Part shown: piece after piece, positions 9,759-20,048 of the stretch | Layout of the letters: each line of letters begins with the position of its first letter | Numbering within the stretch: the stretch's first letter is position 1 | IMG/VR virus record: IMGVR_UViG_2864653697_000002 | Strand: one strand, 5' to 3' | Origin: a virus | Lineage: Duplodnaviria; Caudoviricetes | Length of the DNA stretch: 64,000 nt | Notes under the pieces: model-generated | The model's input: only the letters and a program-made list of their open reading frames with translations | Told to the model about the DNA's origin: nothing | The model's database searches: none | Program-made: the position numbers and the translations under genes

Positions 9759-11024
9759 ATGGCCGACGATCTTGCCAGGGTCCGCTACCCATTTCCCCAC
9801 AACTGGGCGAACCAGTATCGGGTCAAGTGGGAATATCTGACGGAGATCATAACGAGCGAGGCCGGCGTCGAACAGCGCATCGCGCTGCGCAGCACGCCGA
9901 GGCGCAGCATCTCGACATCCGTGCAGGCGAACCAGGCGGATTTTCGCAAGTTCATGCGCATCGTCGCTGCTGCGCAGAACCTCCCACTGGTGGCGCCGGA
10001 CAGATCGTGGTCGACGACGGTGAGCGATTCCGCTTCCGCAGGCGCGATCAGCTTTCAGTGTGCCTCTGTGGACCGTCTCTATATCGGCCAGGAGATACTG
10101 ATCGGAGAAGGCGCGGAGGCGCAACTCGCGGTGATCGACGATATCACCGGCCTCACCGTCATCGTCGTCGATCCGCTGGGTGCCATCGCCGCCGACACGC
10201 CCGTCTACGGCGCAGTGACGGCGCAGTGGCCGCAGCAGTTCAGTGCGCGCGCCTCGACAAACAATCTGATCGAAGCCGATCTCGAGTTTCGGGTAATGCC
10301 GCTGAAAGAGCGCGACGTTCCCTCGTCTCCGGGCGCGACGTTCAATGGTCGCGAAGTGTTCCCGTTCAATGTGAACTGGGCCGGAGCGGTCGAGATCGAC
10401 TTCTCATGGCCGACGGTGAGCATCGATTACGAGCGCGGCGCCGTCGCGGTGTTCCGCCCGATCGACTTCCCGTCTTTCACGCCGAAGGGGCAGTATCTGT
10501 TCGCGAGCAGCGCGGATGCACTCGCGTTCGTCGATTTCTTCAAGCGCATGAAGGGTCAGCGCACTGCCTTCTACAAGCCCAATGAAACCGAAGACATGCG
10601 ACTGGTCGGCACGGTTTCCATCGGGGACAGCAACTTCTTCGTGGAAGGGGTCGAACTCGCGAACGACTTCTCCGGGCATCCCGTTTTCAACGCCGTGCAG
10701 ATCGATCTCAACGACGGCTCGACTCTACGGCGCAATATCACTATTATAGTGACATCGTTCAGTAACAGCCGCCTGACAGTGGACGTCCCGTTCGATCGAG
10801 CGTTCGGTGCGGCCGACGTCAGAAAGATCAGTTGGTTGCTGTATTCGCGCTTCGCCACAGACGGGATCGAGATGAGCTTCGAGACGGATCAGGTCGCCAA
10901 ATCGTCCGTAGCCATTCGTTCGCTGCCCGCGCCGACGGACGAGTTCGCCGATCTGCGTTCAACCCTTGAAGGCGACGATCGCGAGACTGTTCCGGGCGAC
11001 GATCGCGTCGTCTTTACGATCTGA
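9759..11024 (+). CDS. Distal tail/baseplate protein
   Basis: 421 aa after tape measure; EQRIALRSTPRR motif. Confidence 0.7.
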   Translation: MADDLARVRYPFPHNWANQYRVKWEYLTEIITSEAGVEQRIALRSTPRRSISTSVQANQADFRKFMRIVAAAQNLPLVAPDRSWSTTVSDSASAGAISFQCASVDRLYIGQEILIGEGAEAQLAVIDDITGLTVIVVDPLGAIAADTPVYGAVTAQWPQQFSARASTNNLIEADLEFRVMPLKERDVPSSPGATFNGREVFPFNVNWAGAVEIDFSWPTVSIDYERGAVAVFRPIDFPSFTPKGQYLFASSADALAFVDFFKRMKGQRTAFYKPNETEDMRLVGTVSIGDSNFFVEGVELANDFSGHPVFNAVQIDLNDGSTLRRNITIIVTSFSNSRLTVDVPFDRAFGAADVRKISWLLYSRFATDGIEMSFETDQVAKSSVAIRSLPAPTDEFADLRSTLEGDDRETVPGDDRVVFTI

Positions 11025-11029
11025 TCGCC

Positions 11030-14000
11030 ATGGCGCTTCGCAAAACAATCGGCCAACTGCCGCTGATCGAGCCTGGCAATATTGTCGGCGATGTTGACAT
11101 CGAGATCGAAGCCGGCGGATCCAGTTGGCGCGCAAAGCTCTCCCAGCTTGGCAATTTCATTCTGCCGGGTGGCGTGCCGTCGACCGACGATCTCGAGACG
11201 CAGATCACCGACATATCCGAGCGCGTCGAGGAACTGTTCGCAGCATATGACCAGACGGTCAGCGCGGAGGCCGCTGCGACCGCTGCGGATAATGCCAGAC
11301 TGGCGGCCGTGGAGCAGCGTGGCATTGCGACGCAGATGGCCCAGTACGCCACGGTCGCGCGGGAAGCCGCCGATATTGCAGCCTCGGTCGCAGCGGCGGC
11401 GTCGAGCGGCTCGCAGGCATCAAGGCTGGCGGCAGAGGCCGCTCGCGATGCGGCGCAACTGGCGCGCGACGAAGCGCAGGAATATGCCAGCAACGCCGAT
11501 GGGTCCGCTACGGCATCCGCTGGATGGGCGGCGCTCGCGAACACCAGTGCGACTGAGGCTGAGAATTCCGCCTCCGCCGCCGAAGCGCATGTCATCGCAG
11601 CGCAGGCGGCATCGGACCAGGCCGGCGTTCAGGCGGCGGCCGCCGTAGAATCGGCAAACACTTCTGGCACTTACGCTAGCGCGGCCGAGCAATCCGCTAC
11701 GGCCGCAGCGGCATCCGAGGTAACAGCGTCACTCAACGTCTCAACCGGAATTTTCCCAAGCGATTTTCAGCGCGATGGGAAGTTCTTTTTCGGTGGCGTA
11801 AATGCCTATAACGGCGACCCTGCAACCAGAAGTCCGATCACCCCAAACGCAACCTTCTCGTTCGCCACCGTAACTGGTATCGGGCGAGTGCTTCAGATCA
11901 ATACGGCCGCTGGGAATATCGATGTCTCGACAATCGGTGTGCGGAAACTGATAGCGAATCGTACATATAGGGTGACGGCGCTCGTGCGCACCAGGAGCGC
12001 GAGCGGAACGCGGACAGCGCAAGTTATCCTGACAGGACTTCTTGCAAACTACAACTATCATGGCACCGCATCCGCCGGCAGCAGCGTTACCAATCTGACG
12101 CAGGATGCATGGACTGAAATCACCTTCACGCTCTCCGCAGCAATAGTCAACTCATGGCTGGCTCTCGCCACTCCGCCGGTATACCTGCGTGCGCATGTGC
12201 GTTTCGGTGGGACGACTTCAACATACGAAGCCGCGTCGCTGTTGTTCGAAGACATTACCGAGAGCGCTGCAGCAGGAAGTTACGCCTCTGCCGCCGCCAG
12301 CAGCGCGTCAACCGCCACGACGCGTCGGAATGAGGCCAGCGACTTTGCTGCGGCCGCCAGTGGCAGTGCGACTGCGGCGTCGACCTATAGCAGCAACGCT
12401 CAGGGGCATGCGAACACTTCCCAGAGCTGGGCGAGCCAGTCCGAGGCGTTCCGGAACAGCGCAGAGCAATATTCTCAGTCGGCGTCGCAGTCGGAAGTTT
12501 CCGCGCGTCTGACGGCAGCGAGCATGCTGCCCAGTGATTTTCAGCAGGATGGAAACTTCTGGTGCGGCACTGTGATTACAGGCTCACCCGCAAGCCAGAG
12601 TCCGATCACTGCGAACAGCACATATTCATTCCTCGATGTAACTGGCGTCGGCCGTGTCATTCAGGTATCGACGCAGCCGTGGACCTACGTTGACGTGACT
12701 GCGATTGGGGTCGTCAGACTAAGCGCCGGAAGAACCTATAGAATTTCTGCCAGGGTGCGCTCGCTGACAAGTGTCGATGCCCCAGTGGCTACGATCTACG
12801 GCATAGGGCAGACATCCTCCTATGGCTATAACAGCCGAACAGTCAACAGCACGAGCTCGGTACTCACCGCCAACCAATGGGCGGAAGTATCGGTAACCCT
12901 GACTCCGCCCATCATTGCCACCTGGTTGGCCGATGCGACGCCGTCGGTCTACGTTCGTCCGAAACTGCGTCTCTTCGGTATCAACGACATCTACCAGGTC
13001 GCCGAGATTCGCATCACGGATGTAACCGAGAGTACGGCAGCCGGAGACTACGCCACTGCCGCCGCCAGCAGCGCGTCAACCGCAACGACGCGGCGGAATG
13101 AGGCCAGCGACTTTGCGACCGCAGCGAGCGGGAGCGCCACCGCAGCGTCGACGGCGAGCGGCACTGCCCAGAGTCATGCGAGCACCGCCCAGAGCTGGTC
13201 TTCGCAGGCTGAGACGTTCCGTAACCAGGCCGGCGGTTATGCCACGGCGGCGAGCGGTAGCGCCATAGCGGCGAGCAATTCCGCTGGTCAATCGTCGACA
13301 TATGCCGGGCAATCGAACGACGCGCGTGTGCTGGCGGAACAGTCGGCTGCGGCTGCATTCAACAGTCAGGTGCTTGCGGCGTCAGTTGGTCTTAATTCTA
13401 TCAATCGCAACCCGGTATTTTCGGCATGGTCCAATGCATCTGGTCCGCCGGATAGCTACGTCGCTGAAGAGGTGGCGGGGGGATCAAGTTACAGTCGGGT
13501 AGCTGCGCCGCGCGGTGGTTACGCCCTGCGCATCGTGGCCGCAGCCAATGCGAATGCTTATTTCAGGCAGGCTTGGTACGAGAGCCCGCCATTCGACCAA
13601 GGTAACATTTCATCCGGCTATTATGTGCTCGAGGCCGAAGTCAAACTGGAGAGCGGTTCGCTTCGCGGCGCAGGTCTGTGGTTTTCGAGCACTAATTCCA
13701 GTTACGGAGCACTGGAAGGGCGCGCTCTCAACTTCTATAGCGATCCTGACAGCAGTGGCTCGCCGGTTGGAAATGGCACAGTCGGAAAGACTTATCGTTT
13801 CGCCAAGCTCGTTCGTCTGACCGATACGGCCGCCTCGGCCGGCGCATTCTACCCGATGGCAAATTGGGACGGACTGGACACGCGCGTCGCCAAGACGATC
13901 CAGTTCATCAGAGCCAGCGTGCGTTCAGCCACTCAGGAGGAGATCGCCAAGCTCACCGTCCTCGAACCCCTGGGCGTCACGGTGTCGCAGAACAGCGGTG

Positions 14001-14635
14001 CCATAGCCGAAGTCTCCGGGCGTGTTGCCGGCTACTGGGCTTTCAAGCTGGACGCCGGCGGCGTTGTGACTGCGATCGAGGCTATGGCTGAGGGCGGCGG
14101 CGTGCCGGTATCGAAAATCAAGTTCACTGCTGCCAAGGCCGAGTTCACCGGCGATGTTATGGTCGATGGCTCACTGGTGGCCAGCAAGTTCATGACCAAC
14201 GCGGGTGTCGACCTGGCAGCCATCGTCCCCGGTTCGATCAACACCGCCACCAGTGCGACGCAGGTGAGCCCGGTCAATATGAACGATACGAGCAGTTCCA
14301 GCCTACCGCTGCTCGCGACATCCGGCATCGCGTGCGGCGCCGATGACTTCATTTATCTCAGAATTCGCGCGCAGATCACTGCGGCTTCAAGTTTCATCGG
14401 CGGCGTCTACGTCGACCGCTACGTCAATGGCGTTCTGAGCTCGACGCTCGGCGGCTACATCGGGGACAGCACCGGCTTCCTGAGCGTCTCTGCACCCACC
14501 ACGCGAACGTTCACTGTTGAGGACGGCACCCATCCGGCCGGACTGATTCACTATGTGCTGCGTGCTGTATGCGCTGGCGGGACTGCCACCTTCAACGGCT
14601 CCTACATCTCATATCGAAGGTTTGCGATGAAATGA
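11030..14635 (+). CDS. Tail fibre with Ala/Ser-rich stalk repeats and three carbohydrate-binding-like modules
   Basis: 1201 aa; duplicated PSDFQ..GxF...GIGRVxQ module; J-like C-terminal region. Confidence 0.8.
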   Translation: MALRKTIGQLPLIEPGNIVGDVDIEIEAGGSSWRAKLSQLGNFILPGGVPSTDDLETQITDISERVEELFAAYDQTVSAEAAATAADNARLAAVEQRGIATQMAQYATVAREAADIAASVAAAASSGSQASRLAAEAARDAAQLARDEAQEYASNADGSATASAGWAALANTSATEAENSASAAEAHVIAAQAASDQAGVQAAAAVESANTSGTYASAAEQSATAAAASEVTASLNVSTGIFPSDFQRDGKFFFGGVNAYNGDPATRSPITPNATFSFATVTGIGRVLQINTAAGNIDVSTIGVRKLIANRTYRVTALVRTRSASGTRTAQVILTGLLANYNYHGTASAGSSVTNLTQDAWTEITFTLSAAIVNSWLALATPPVYLRAHVRFGGTTSTYEAASLLFEDITESAAAGSYASAAASSASTATTRRNEASDFAAAASGSATAASTYSSNAQGHANTSQSWASQSEAFRNSAEQYSQSASQSEVSARLTAASMLPSDFQQDGNFWCGTVITGSPASQSPITANSTYSFLDVTGVGRVIQVSTQPWTYVDVTAIGVVRLSAGRTYRISARVRSLTSVDAPVATIYGIGQTSSYGYNSRTVNSTSSVLTANQWAEVSVTLTPPIIATWLADATPSVYVRPKLRLFGINDIYQVAEIRITDVTESTAAGDYATAAASSASTATTRRNEASDFATAASGSATAASTASGTAQSHASTAQSWSSQAETFRNQAGGYATAASGSAIAASNSAGQSSTYAGQSNDARVLAEQSAAAAFNSQVLAASVGLNSINRNPVFSAWSNASGPPDSYVAEEVAGGSSYSRVAAPRGGYALRIVAAANANAYFRQAWYESPPFDQGNISSGYYVLEAEVKLESGSLRGAGLWFSSTNSSYGALEGRALNFYSDPDSSGSPVGNGTVGKTYRFAKLVRLTDTAASAGAFYPMANWDGLDTRVAKTIQFIRASVRSATQEEIAKLTVLEPLGVTVSQNSGAIAEVSGRVAGYWAFKLDAGGVVTAIEAMAEGGGVPVSKIKFTAAKAEFTGDVMVDGSLVASKFMTNAGVDLAAIVPGSINTATSATQVSPVNMNDTSSSSLPLLATSGIACGADDFIYLRIRAQITAASSFIGGVYVDRYVNGVLSSTLGGYIGDSTGFLSVSAPTTRTFTVEDGTHPAGLIHYVLRAVCAGGTATFNGSYISYRRFAMK

Positions 14636-15228
14636 CCGTTCACCTGTTCATCGTCGACGAAGAGACCGGAGAATCGCGCAGTCGTGTCGAGGTTCCGTCC
14701 ATGGATTTCGTCCCGCATTACCCAACACCCGACGGATGCGTTCTATTCGAGTTCGACACCGCGCTCGGCGATCCGGCAGACTTCCGCACGGAGAAGGACG
14801 GCGACGATATCGTGTTCGTTCCGATCGTAGCCGATCCGGTGGAGGCGTTGAGCGCGGCCAAGCTGAGCAAGCGCGCCGCGCTCAACGCTATCCGGGACGC
14901 GAAGATAAACGGCGTCTGCTCGACGGACTTCGGCCTGGTCGACATGGACGACTCCTCGCCGCGAGAGAGCCGCCGTAAACTCCATGGTGCCGTGAGCGGA
15001 GCTATGATCGCGCTCCAGTTCGGACAGCCGTTCAGCGTCACATGGACGATGGCCGACGATCAGGACGTCACCCTGGACGCACAGCAGACCATCGCAATGG
15101 GCATGGCCGTGTTTGCTTTTGTCGACGCATGCCACCGGAACGCTCGCGATATCAAAAGCCTCATCGACGAAGCGCCGGACATGGCGGCGCTCGAAGCCAT
15201 CGATATCAGCAGCGGGTGGCCGGCATGA
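14632..15228 (+). CDS. Tail fibre assembly protein (DUF4376-like)
   Basis: AKLSKRAALNAIRD...WTMADDQDVTL...ISSGWP pattern; ATGA overlap with the fibre gene. Confidence 0.7.
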   Translation: MTVHLFIVDEETGESRSRVEVPSMDFVPHYPTPDGCVLFEFDTALGDPADFRTEKDGDDIVFVPIVADPVEALSAAKLSKRAALNAIRDAKINGVCSTDFGLVDMDDSSPRESRRKLHGAVSGAMIALQFGQPFSVTWTMADDQDVTLDAQQTIAMGMAVFAFVDACHRNARDIKSLIDEAPDMAALEAIDISSGWPA

Positions 15229-15485
15229 TCCGTCGCATCGGCCATGTAATGATCGCAGCGCTCATCGTGCTGGACATTATCGCCTGCTTTGTCTGGCTCG
15301 CGCCGCTCTATCTCCTGGGGCTGGCCTCACGGCCGAACGGTCGCCAACTCATTTCGGCCTACACCGGCCGCGCCGCCATCAATGGCCATCGCTGGGCTCT
15401 GCGCCTCGAGAGGGTCATCGATCGTGTCCTCGGTAAAGGGCACTGCCGACAAACCGCCGAAGCCTACGCCGGCTTCGCTGACTGA
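15225..15485 (+). CDS. Small phage membrane protein
   Basis: ATGA overlap; hydrophobic N-terminus; ISAYTGR...GHC pattern. Confidence 0.55.
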   Translation: MIRRIGHVMIAALIVLDIIACFVWLAPLYLLGLASRPNGRQLISAYTGRAAINGHRWALRLERVIDRVLGKGHCRQTAEAYAGFAD

Positions 15486-15498
15486 AAGGAACCAGACT

Positions 15499-15771
15499 AT
15501 GACGATTGATGCACGACAAGCCTTCGAAGAAGCCAAGGCAAATCTGCGCGAAGCCGAAAAGCGCTGCGCCCAGGAGTGGCTCGATTTCCTCGAAACGAGT
15601 GAAGCATCCGACCTCATCGACAAGATCCGCAGCTTCGAAGGATCGACCGTCGAGAACAGCCCGTTCGAACAGTTATGCATCAGCATCATTTCGTGCCTGG
15701 GCTCGCTCGAAAACTGCGCGCGTGACATGGTGGCGCCAGTACCCAGCCTCCCCGTTCCCCCGTCCGCCTGA
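15499..15771 (+). CDS. Hypothetical protein
   Basis: RBS AAGGA before ATG 15499; 90 aa. Confidence 0.55.
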   Translation: MTIDARQAFEEAKANLREAEKRCAQEWLDFLETSEASDLIDKIRSFEGSTVENSPFEQLCISIISCLGSLENCARDMVAPVPSLPVPPSA

Positions 15772-15777
15772 GTTCGA

Positions 15778-15814
15778 GAGGCGCAAAGTTCCATGACCTG
15801 TAGCTTTGCGCCTC
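15778..15814 (+). terminator. Hairpin ending the fibre cassette
   Basis: GAGGCGCAAAG...CTTTGCGCCTC inverted repeat, followed by a palindromic site. Confidence 0.45.
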
Positions 15815-15838
15815 CACTATCACTATTATGGTGACACC

Positions 15839-16762
15839 ATGGCTTTCGGCACGCACGAGAACAGCAGAGACCTGGGCGAACCGATCCAGCTATTCCTGTT
15901 CAGGTATGGACCTGATCCGGAGCACATCTACGCGTACACGAACGGCGAGACTGCGATCGAGATGGCCGTCGGTGACGATATGGTCGAGTTCGTTCCGGCC
16001 CCCATCGCCAGAGGCGAAATCAGCAGTTCCGGAACGCTGGACAACCAGCGCCTGACAGTCGTCTTTCCGGAGAGTCTCCTGGTCTACGAGCTGTTCCGCG
16101 ACCGCTCGCCATCGTCAGTGGTCAACATCATCATCTGGCGCGGCCATGCGAACGATCCTGACGAGCAGTTCGTCATCGAATGGAGCGGGCGCGTCGTCTC
16201 GTTCAACGACACGAATTACGAGGTAGAGCTCTCCTGCGAAGCTGTCGCGACGATGATGGGCCGCAACGCTCTGCGTCGCCGCTGGCAGTATGGATGCGCG
16301 CACGCGCTCTACTCGCAGGGACCGGGCATGTGCAATGCGAACCGCGCGGCGGCCACCACGCCATTCGTCATTGGAGCGGTAAGCGGAACCTCCGTGACGA
16401 TCGATCTCGCGGCCAGTGAGGCGGCTTACGGAGCGCTGCCGCGCTACGCCGATTTCGCCACGCCAAAGCGACTATACTATGTCGGCGGCGTTCTTGAATA
16501 TATCGACGACGCCGGCCGCAAGGCGCTCCGCTCGATCATTCATGTGATTGACGCCACGTCGATCCGTATCGGTGCACCGGTCCCCGGCATGGCGGCCGGC
16601 GCGCATGTGAAGCTGGTCTTCGGCTGCAATCACAAGACCGGCATCTCGTCGCTCAACGATGGTGGCCATTGCGGCCCGGTCCACAACAACATCCAGAACT
16701 TCGGCGGACAACCATGGATTCCGCTCAAGAGCCCGATCGGGCTCCGCAACATCTATCGGTAG
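15839..16762 (+). CDS. Baseplate hub protein (DUF2163/BR0599 family)
   Basis: RRRWQYGCAHALYSQGPGMC and GCNHK...C...NNIQNFGGQPWIP Cys motifs. Confidence 0.85.
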   Translation: MAFGTHENSRDLGEPIQLFLFRYGPDPEHIYAYTNGETAIEMAVGDDMVEFVPAPIARGEISSSGTLDNQRLTVVFPESLLVYELFRDRSPSSVVNIIIWRGHANDPDEQFVIEWSGRVVSFNDTNYEVELSCEAVATMMGRNALRRRWQYGCAHALYSQGPGMCNANRAAATTPFVIGAVSGTSVTIDLAASEAAYGALPRYADFATPKRLYYVGGVLEYIDDAGRKALRSIIHVIDATSIRIGAPVPGMAAGAHVKLVFGCNHKTGISSLNDGGHCGPVHNNIQNFGGQPWIPLKSPIGLRNIYR

Positions 16763-16768
16763 GCGCAC

Positions 16769-17113
16769 ATGATCCTGCTCAACCTTATCTTCTCGTCCGC
16801 CGTGGCGCTGTGGATCACATCCAGGCTGTGCCGCTCGTCTCGCTGGCGCATCCTCCGCACCGCGTCGAACAGCATCACCCAGCTCGGGTGGTTCGGCATG
16901 CTGCTGATCTCCGTGGCTGTGTCCGCTGCAAGCTACGTCATCATGCCGAAGCCGAAGCAGGCCAGACCTGCGGCCGCCAAGGAGATGGACAGCCCCGTCG
17001 CAGAGGCCGGCAAGCCGATCGCCGTTGTCGCCGGAACCATAACTTGCAGCGAGCTCAACGTGCTGTGGACCGGCGACAAGTCGATCAAGAGTTACGACGT
17101 GACCGTGTCATGA
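16769..17113 (+). CDS. Tail tip assembly protein
   Basis: PVAEAGKPIAVVAGT motif typical of this conserved small tail gene. Confidence 0.7.
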   Translation: MILLNLIFSSAVALWITSRLCRSSRWRILRTASNSITQLGWFGMLLISVAVSAASYVIMPKPKQARPAAAKEMDSPVAEAGKPIAVVAGTITCSELNVLWTGDKSIKSYDVTVS

Positions 17114-17304
17114 TCATTCGCATCGAAGATGTTCGGCGGACGGGCTTTTGCGTTCGCGGCGCGCGCGACTGGGCGAACCAGAACGGCATCGACTTCAATC
17201 GTTTCCTGCGCGACGGCATTGATGCCGCAGAGCTCGAAGCGACCGGCGACGCCATGGCGAGCAGGGTCATCCAGAACAAGATTTCCCGGGAGAGCGAGGC
17301 GTGA
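17110..17304 (+). CDS. Small conserved tail protein
   Basis: FCVRGARDWANQNGIDFNRFLRDGI; ATGA overlap. Confidence 0.7.
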   Translation: MIIRIEDVRRTGFCVRGARDWANQNGIDFNRFLRDGIDAAELEATGDAMASRVIQNKISRESEA

Positions 17305-19718
17305 GCGCTGGCGGCAAAGGCTCTGGGAAACAGAGGGTAAACGAGTATTACCTGTCCATCCACTATGGCATCTGCCAGGCGCCGTTCATCTTCAAGAAGA
17401 TCACCTACAAGGACAAGGTGATCTGGTCCGGATCGGTCTCATCGCCGAGCTATGTCGACGTCCATCTGCCAAATCTCATGGGCGGCAGAACGCAGGAGGG
17501 CGGCGTCTCCGGGCGCATCTACTTCATGCCCGGAACGCCCGACCAGGTGGCGCCGGACGCGCTTGCTCGCCGTCTCGGCCTGACGCCAGAGACCTGCCCG
17601 GCGTTCCGCGGCGTCGCCTCTGTGTTCTTCACCGGCGGAGCGCTGCAGATATTCAATCCGAACCTGCCTTACGGGCAAGGGGATATCATCTACAACGACA
17701 TCTCGACGATCCAGAGCGAGGCCGGCTTCTACTGGACGGCCAACAACCCCTTCCTCGAAGGCGTAAAGATCGAAGGTGAATCGATTCATGGTGCCCTCGG
17801 TAGCACCTACTCGGTTATCGGCAGCGGCCAGCATAATCCGGCGCATTTCATCTATGCGGCTCTGATCAGTCAATCATGGGGCATGGGTGGCGCGGAATGG
17901 TTTATCGATAAGCCGGCCTTCCTCGATGTGGCCGAAGCGCTCTACATTGAAGAGTTCGGACTATCGCTGAAATGGAATCAACAGGAGCCGATCGAGACGT
18001 TCGTCGGAGAGGTACTCGACCACATCCAGGCGACGATATTCGTCAACCCGACGTCAGGTCTCCTGTCGATAAAGCTGCTGCGTGGCGACTACGATCTGAA
18101 CGACCTGCCGCAGATCAACGCCGGCAATGCAAAGCTCGTCAAGTACGAGCGCAAGCTGTACGGGCAGACGGCGAACGAGGTGGTCCTCTCATGGACGAAC
18201 CCGGAGAACGAGCAGACCGAAACGATCAGCGCCCAGGATCTCGCCAATGTCGAGATACAGGGTTCTCCGGTTTCAACGAACCGCGATTATTACATGATCC
18301 GATCGGCAGCTCTCGCGCAGCGCATCCTCGATCGCGATCTTCGCACGGTTTCCGCACCGCTCGCCTCGCTGGAAATCGAGGTGGACCGCAGGGGGAGCAA
18401 ACTCGTCCCTGGCGGTCTCGCGCGGGTCGATTTCCCGGAACGTAAGATCTACGACATGATCTGCCGGATCGGCCGGATCGATTATGGCAAGCCACTGGAT
18501 TCGCGCATCAAGATTTCCTTGATCGAGGATATCTTCGCGCTCGATCTCCCCGAGCCGACGACGCCGCCGCGCTCAGCATGGGAGAATGTGCAGGTTCCGC
18601 CCTCCCCGGTCGACCACTCGCAGGTCATCACAATCCCGGCCTTCTTCGCCAACAGGCTAGCCGCGAACATGCAGTATCCCGAAGTGATCGGCGGCGTTCT
18701 GGCGGCGAAGGACGGCATGGACGTGATCGGTTTCGATCTGCTGTCGGAAGCCGTCGATGTGACCGGCGCGTCGCAGTGGGCGAACCAGGGCGAAAAGACC
18801 ATGCTCGGCCGAGCGCAGATTCTCACGCCGCTCTATCAGGAGGCACAGAGCCTCATCACCGGTATTCCGCTCACACGCTCCCTGCGCAACCCACACGTCG
18901 GTGCCTTCGTTGCGATCGGCAGCGGCGGCGACCATGCGATGGAGTTCGCGCTCATCAGCGCCTATGACGAAGAGGCCAACGCGTGGGTGCTTGAGCGCGG
19001 GATCCTCGACACGGTGCCGCGGTCGTGGGAAGTCGGAACCCCTGTATGGTTCATCCCGATCGATGCGAACATTGCCGACACGAAGGACTTCAAGGCCGTC
19101 GGCGAAACGGTGAGCTTCAAGCTGCTGACCAGGACATCGCTGGGCACTCTCCCGTTCGATGACGCCGATGAGGTTTACGGCATGATGTCGGCGCGGCCGC
19201 ATGCGCCTCTGCGGCCGGCAAACGTAAAGATCAACGGCGTTGGTTTCGGCAAGGTCGACGCCACCGGCGCCACCGAGCTGGTCGTGTCGTGGTCGAACCG
19301 CAATCGGCTATATGAAGACGGCCAGGTCGTGCGCTGGAATGAAGGCAACGTGACGCCTGAGTATCTCCAGCAGACGATCATCACCGTTTTCCGCCAGAAC
19401 GGCGATCTGATGTATTACCGCAAAGGGCTCTGGACCGAGACGCAGTTCACCATCCCGATCGCGTGGGTGCAGAGCGAAACGAAGATATTCGTTCGCGTGT
19501 CGTCTCAGCGCAAAGGGCTGGCATCGATTCAGTCCTACGGTCTGTGGGTCGAGAACATCCCGCAGGTAGCCGATCCTGCGCCGCCGCCGGCATCAGACGA
19601 TGGACCTGCGCCGCCGCCTCCGCCGGATGATCCCGAAGACCCGACGCCTGACCCGATCGATGGCATCGAGGATCCGCCGCTGCCAGATCTCGGCGGAGGA
19701 CCGGGCGGCTGGAACTAG
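17301..19718 (+). CDS. Tail tip/central hub protein (gpJ-like) with Pro/Asp-rich C-terminus
   Basis: GGKGSG start; NPAHFIY and IKLLRGDY motifs; 805 aa. Confidence 0.85.
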   Translation: MSAGGKGSGKQRVNEYYLSIHYGICQAPFIFKKITYKDKVIWSGSVSSPSYVDVHLPNLMGGRTQEGGVSGRIYFMPGTPDQVAPDALARRLGLTPETCPAFRGVASVFFTGGALQIFNPNLPYGQGDIIYNDISTIQSEAGFYWTANNPFLEGVKIEGESIHGALGSTYSVIGSGQHNPAHFIYAALISQSWGMGGAEWFIDKPAFLDVAEALYIEEFGLSLKWNQQEPIETFVGEVLDHIQATIFVNPTSGLLSIKLLRGDYDLNDLPQINAGNAKLVKYERKLYGQTANEVVLSWTNPENEQTETISAQDLANVEIQGSPVSTNRDYYMIRSAALAQRILDRDLRTVSAPLASLEIEVDRRGSKLVPGGLARVDFPERKIYDMICRIGRIDYGKPLDSRIKISLIEDIFALDLPEPTTPPRSAWENVQVPPSPVDHSQVITIPAFFANRLAANMQYPEVIGGVLAAKDGMDVIGFDLLSEAVDVTGASQWANQGEKTMLGRAQILTPLYQEAQSLITGIPLTRSLRNPHVGAFVAIGSGGDHAMEFALISAYDEEANAWVLERGILDTVPRSWEVGTPVWFIPIDANIADTKDFKAVGETVSFKLLTRTSLGTLPFDDADEVYGMMSARPHAPLRPANVKINGVGFGKVDATGATELVVSWSNRNRLYEDGQVVRWNEGNVTPEYLQQTIITVFRQNGDLMYYRKGLWTETQFTIPIAWVQSETKIFVRVSSQRKGLASIQSYGLWVENIPQVADPAPPPASDDGPAPPPPPDDPEDPTPDPIDGIEDPPLPDLGGGPGGWN

Positions 19719-19778
19719 CATGTTTGCATTATCACTATTATAGTGATATTTCCTCCGTGAAAGCGGAGAACTGCAACC

Positions 19779-20048
19779 ATGAGCTTTATCGATCGCATCC
19801 GGGATCGGATGGCCGATGGATGGGAGACAGCATACCGCTGGGCGTCCATCCGTATTTCAGCCGCAGGCCTGACCATCTTCAGCGTTCTGGCGGCGTTCCC
19901 GGGCCTCGTCTCGGAGATGTGGAATGCGCTGCCGCCTCCGCTGCGGGACCGTCTTCCGGACAACTTCGGCTACGTTGTGGCTGCCGTCATCTTCGCCGGC
20001 ACGATCGCCGGTCGCCTTCACAAGCGGAAGGATCGCAACGATGGGTGA
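19779..20048 (+). CDS. Holin
   Basis: 89 aa with two hydrophobic segments directly before the endolysin. Confidence 0.7.
   Translation: MSFIDRIRDRMADGWETAYRWASIRISAAGLTIFSVLAAFPGLVSEMWNALPPPLRDRLPDNFGYVVAAVIFAGTIAGRLHKRKDRNDG

Noticed and set aside
6600-10124. Long antisense ORFs (also 976-2019, 29281-31314, 58557-59984, 49372-50328)
   Set aside because: Shadow frames of GC-rich genes; no motifs or RBS; the sense strand has clear phage proteins
11030-14635. Diversity-generating retroelement acting on the fibre
   Set aside because: No reverse transcriptase in the window; repeats are in-frame linkers without adenine-specific differences
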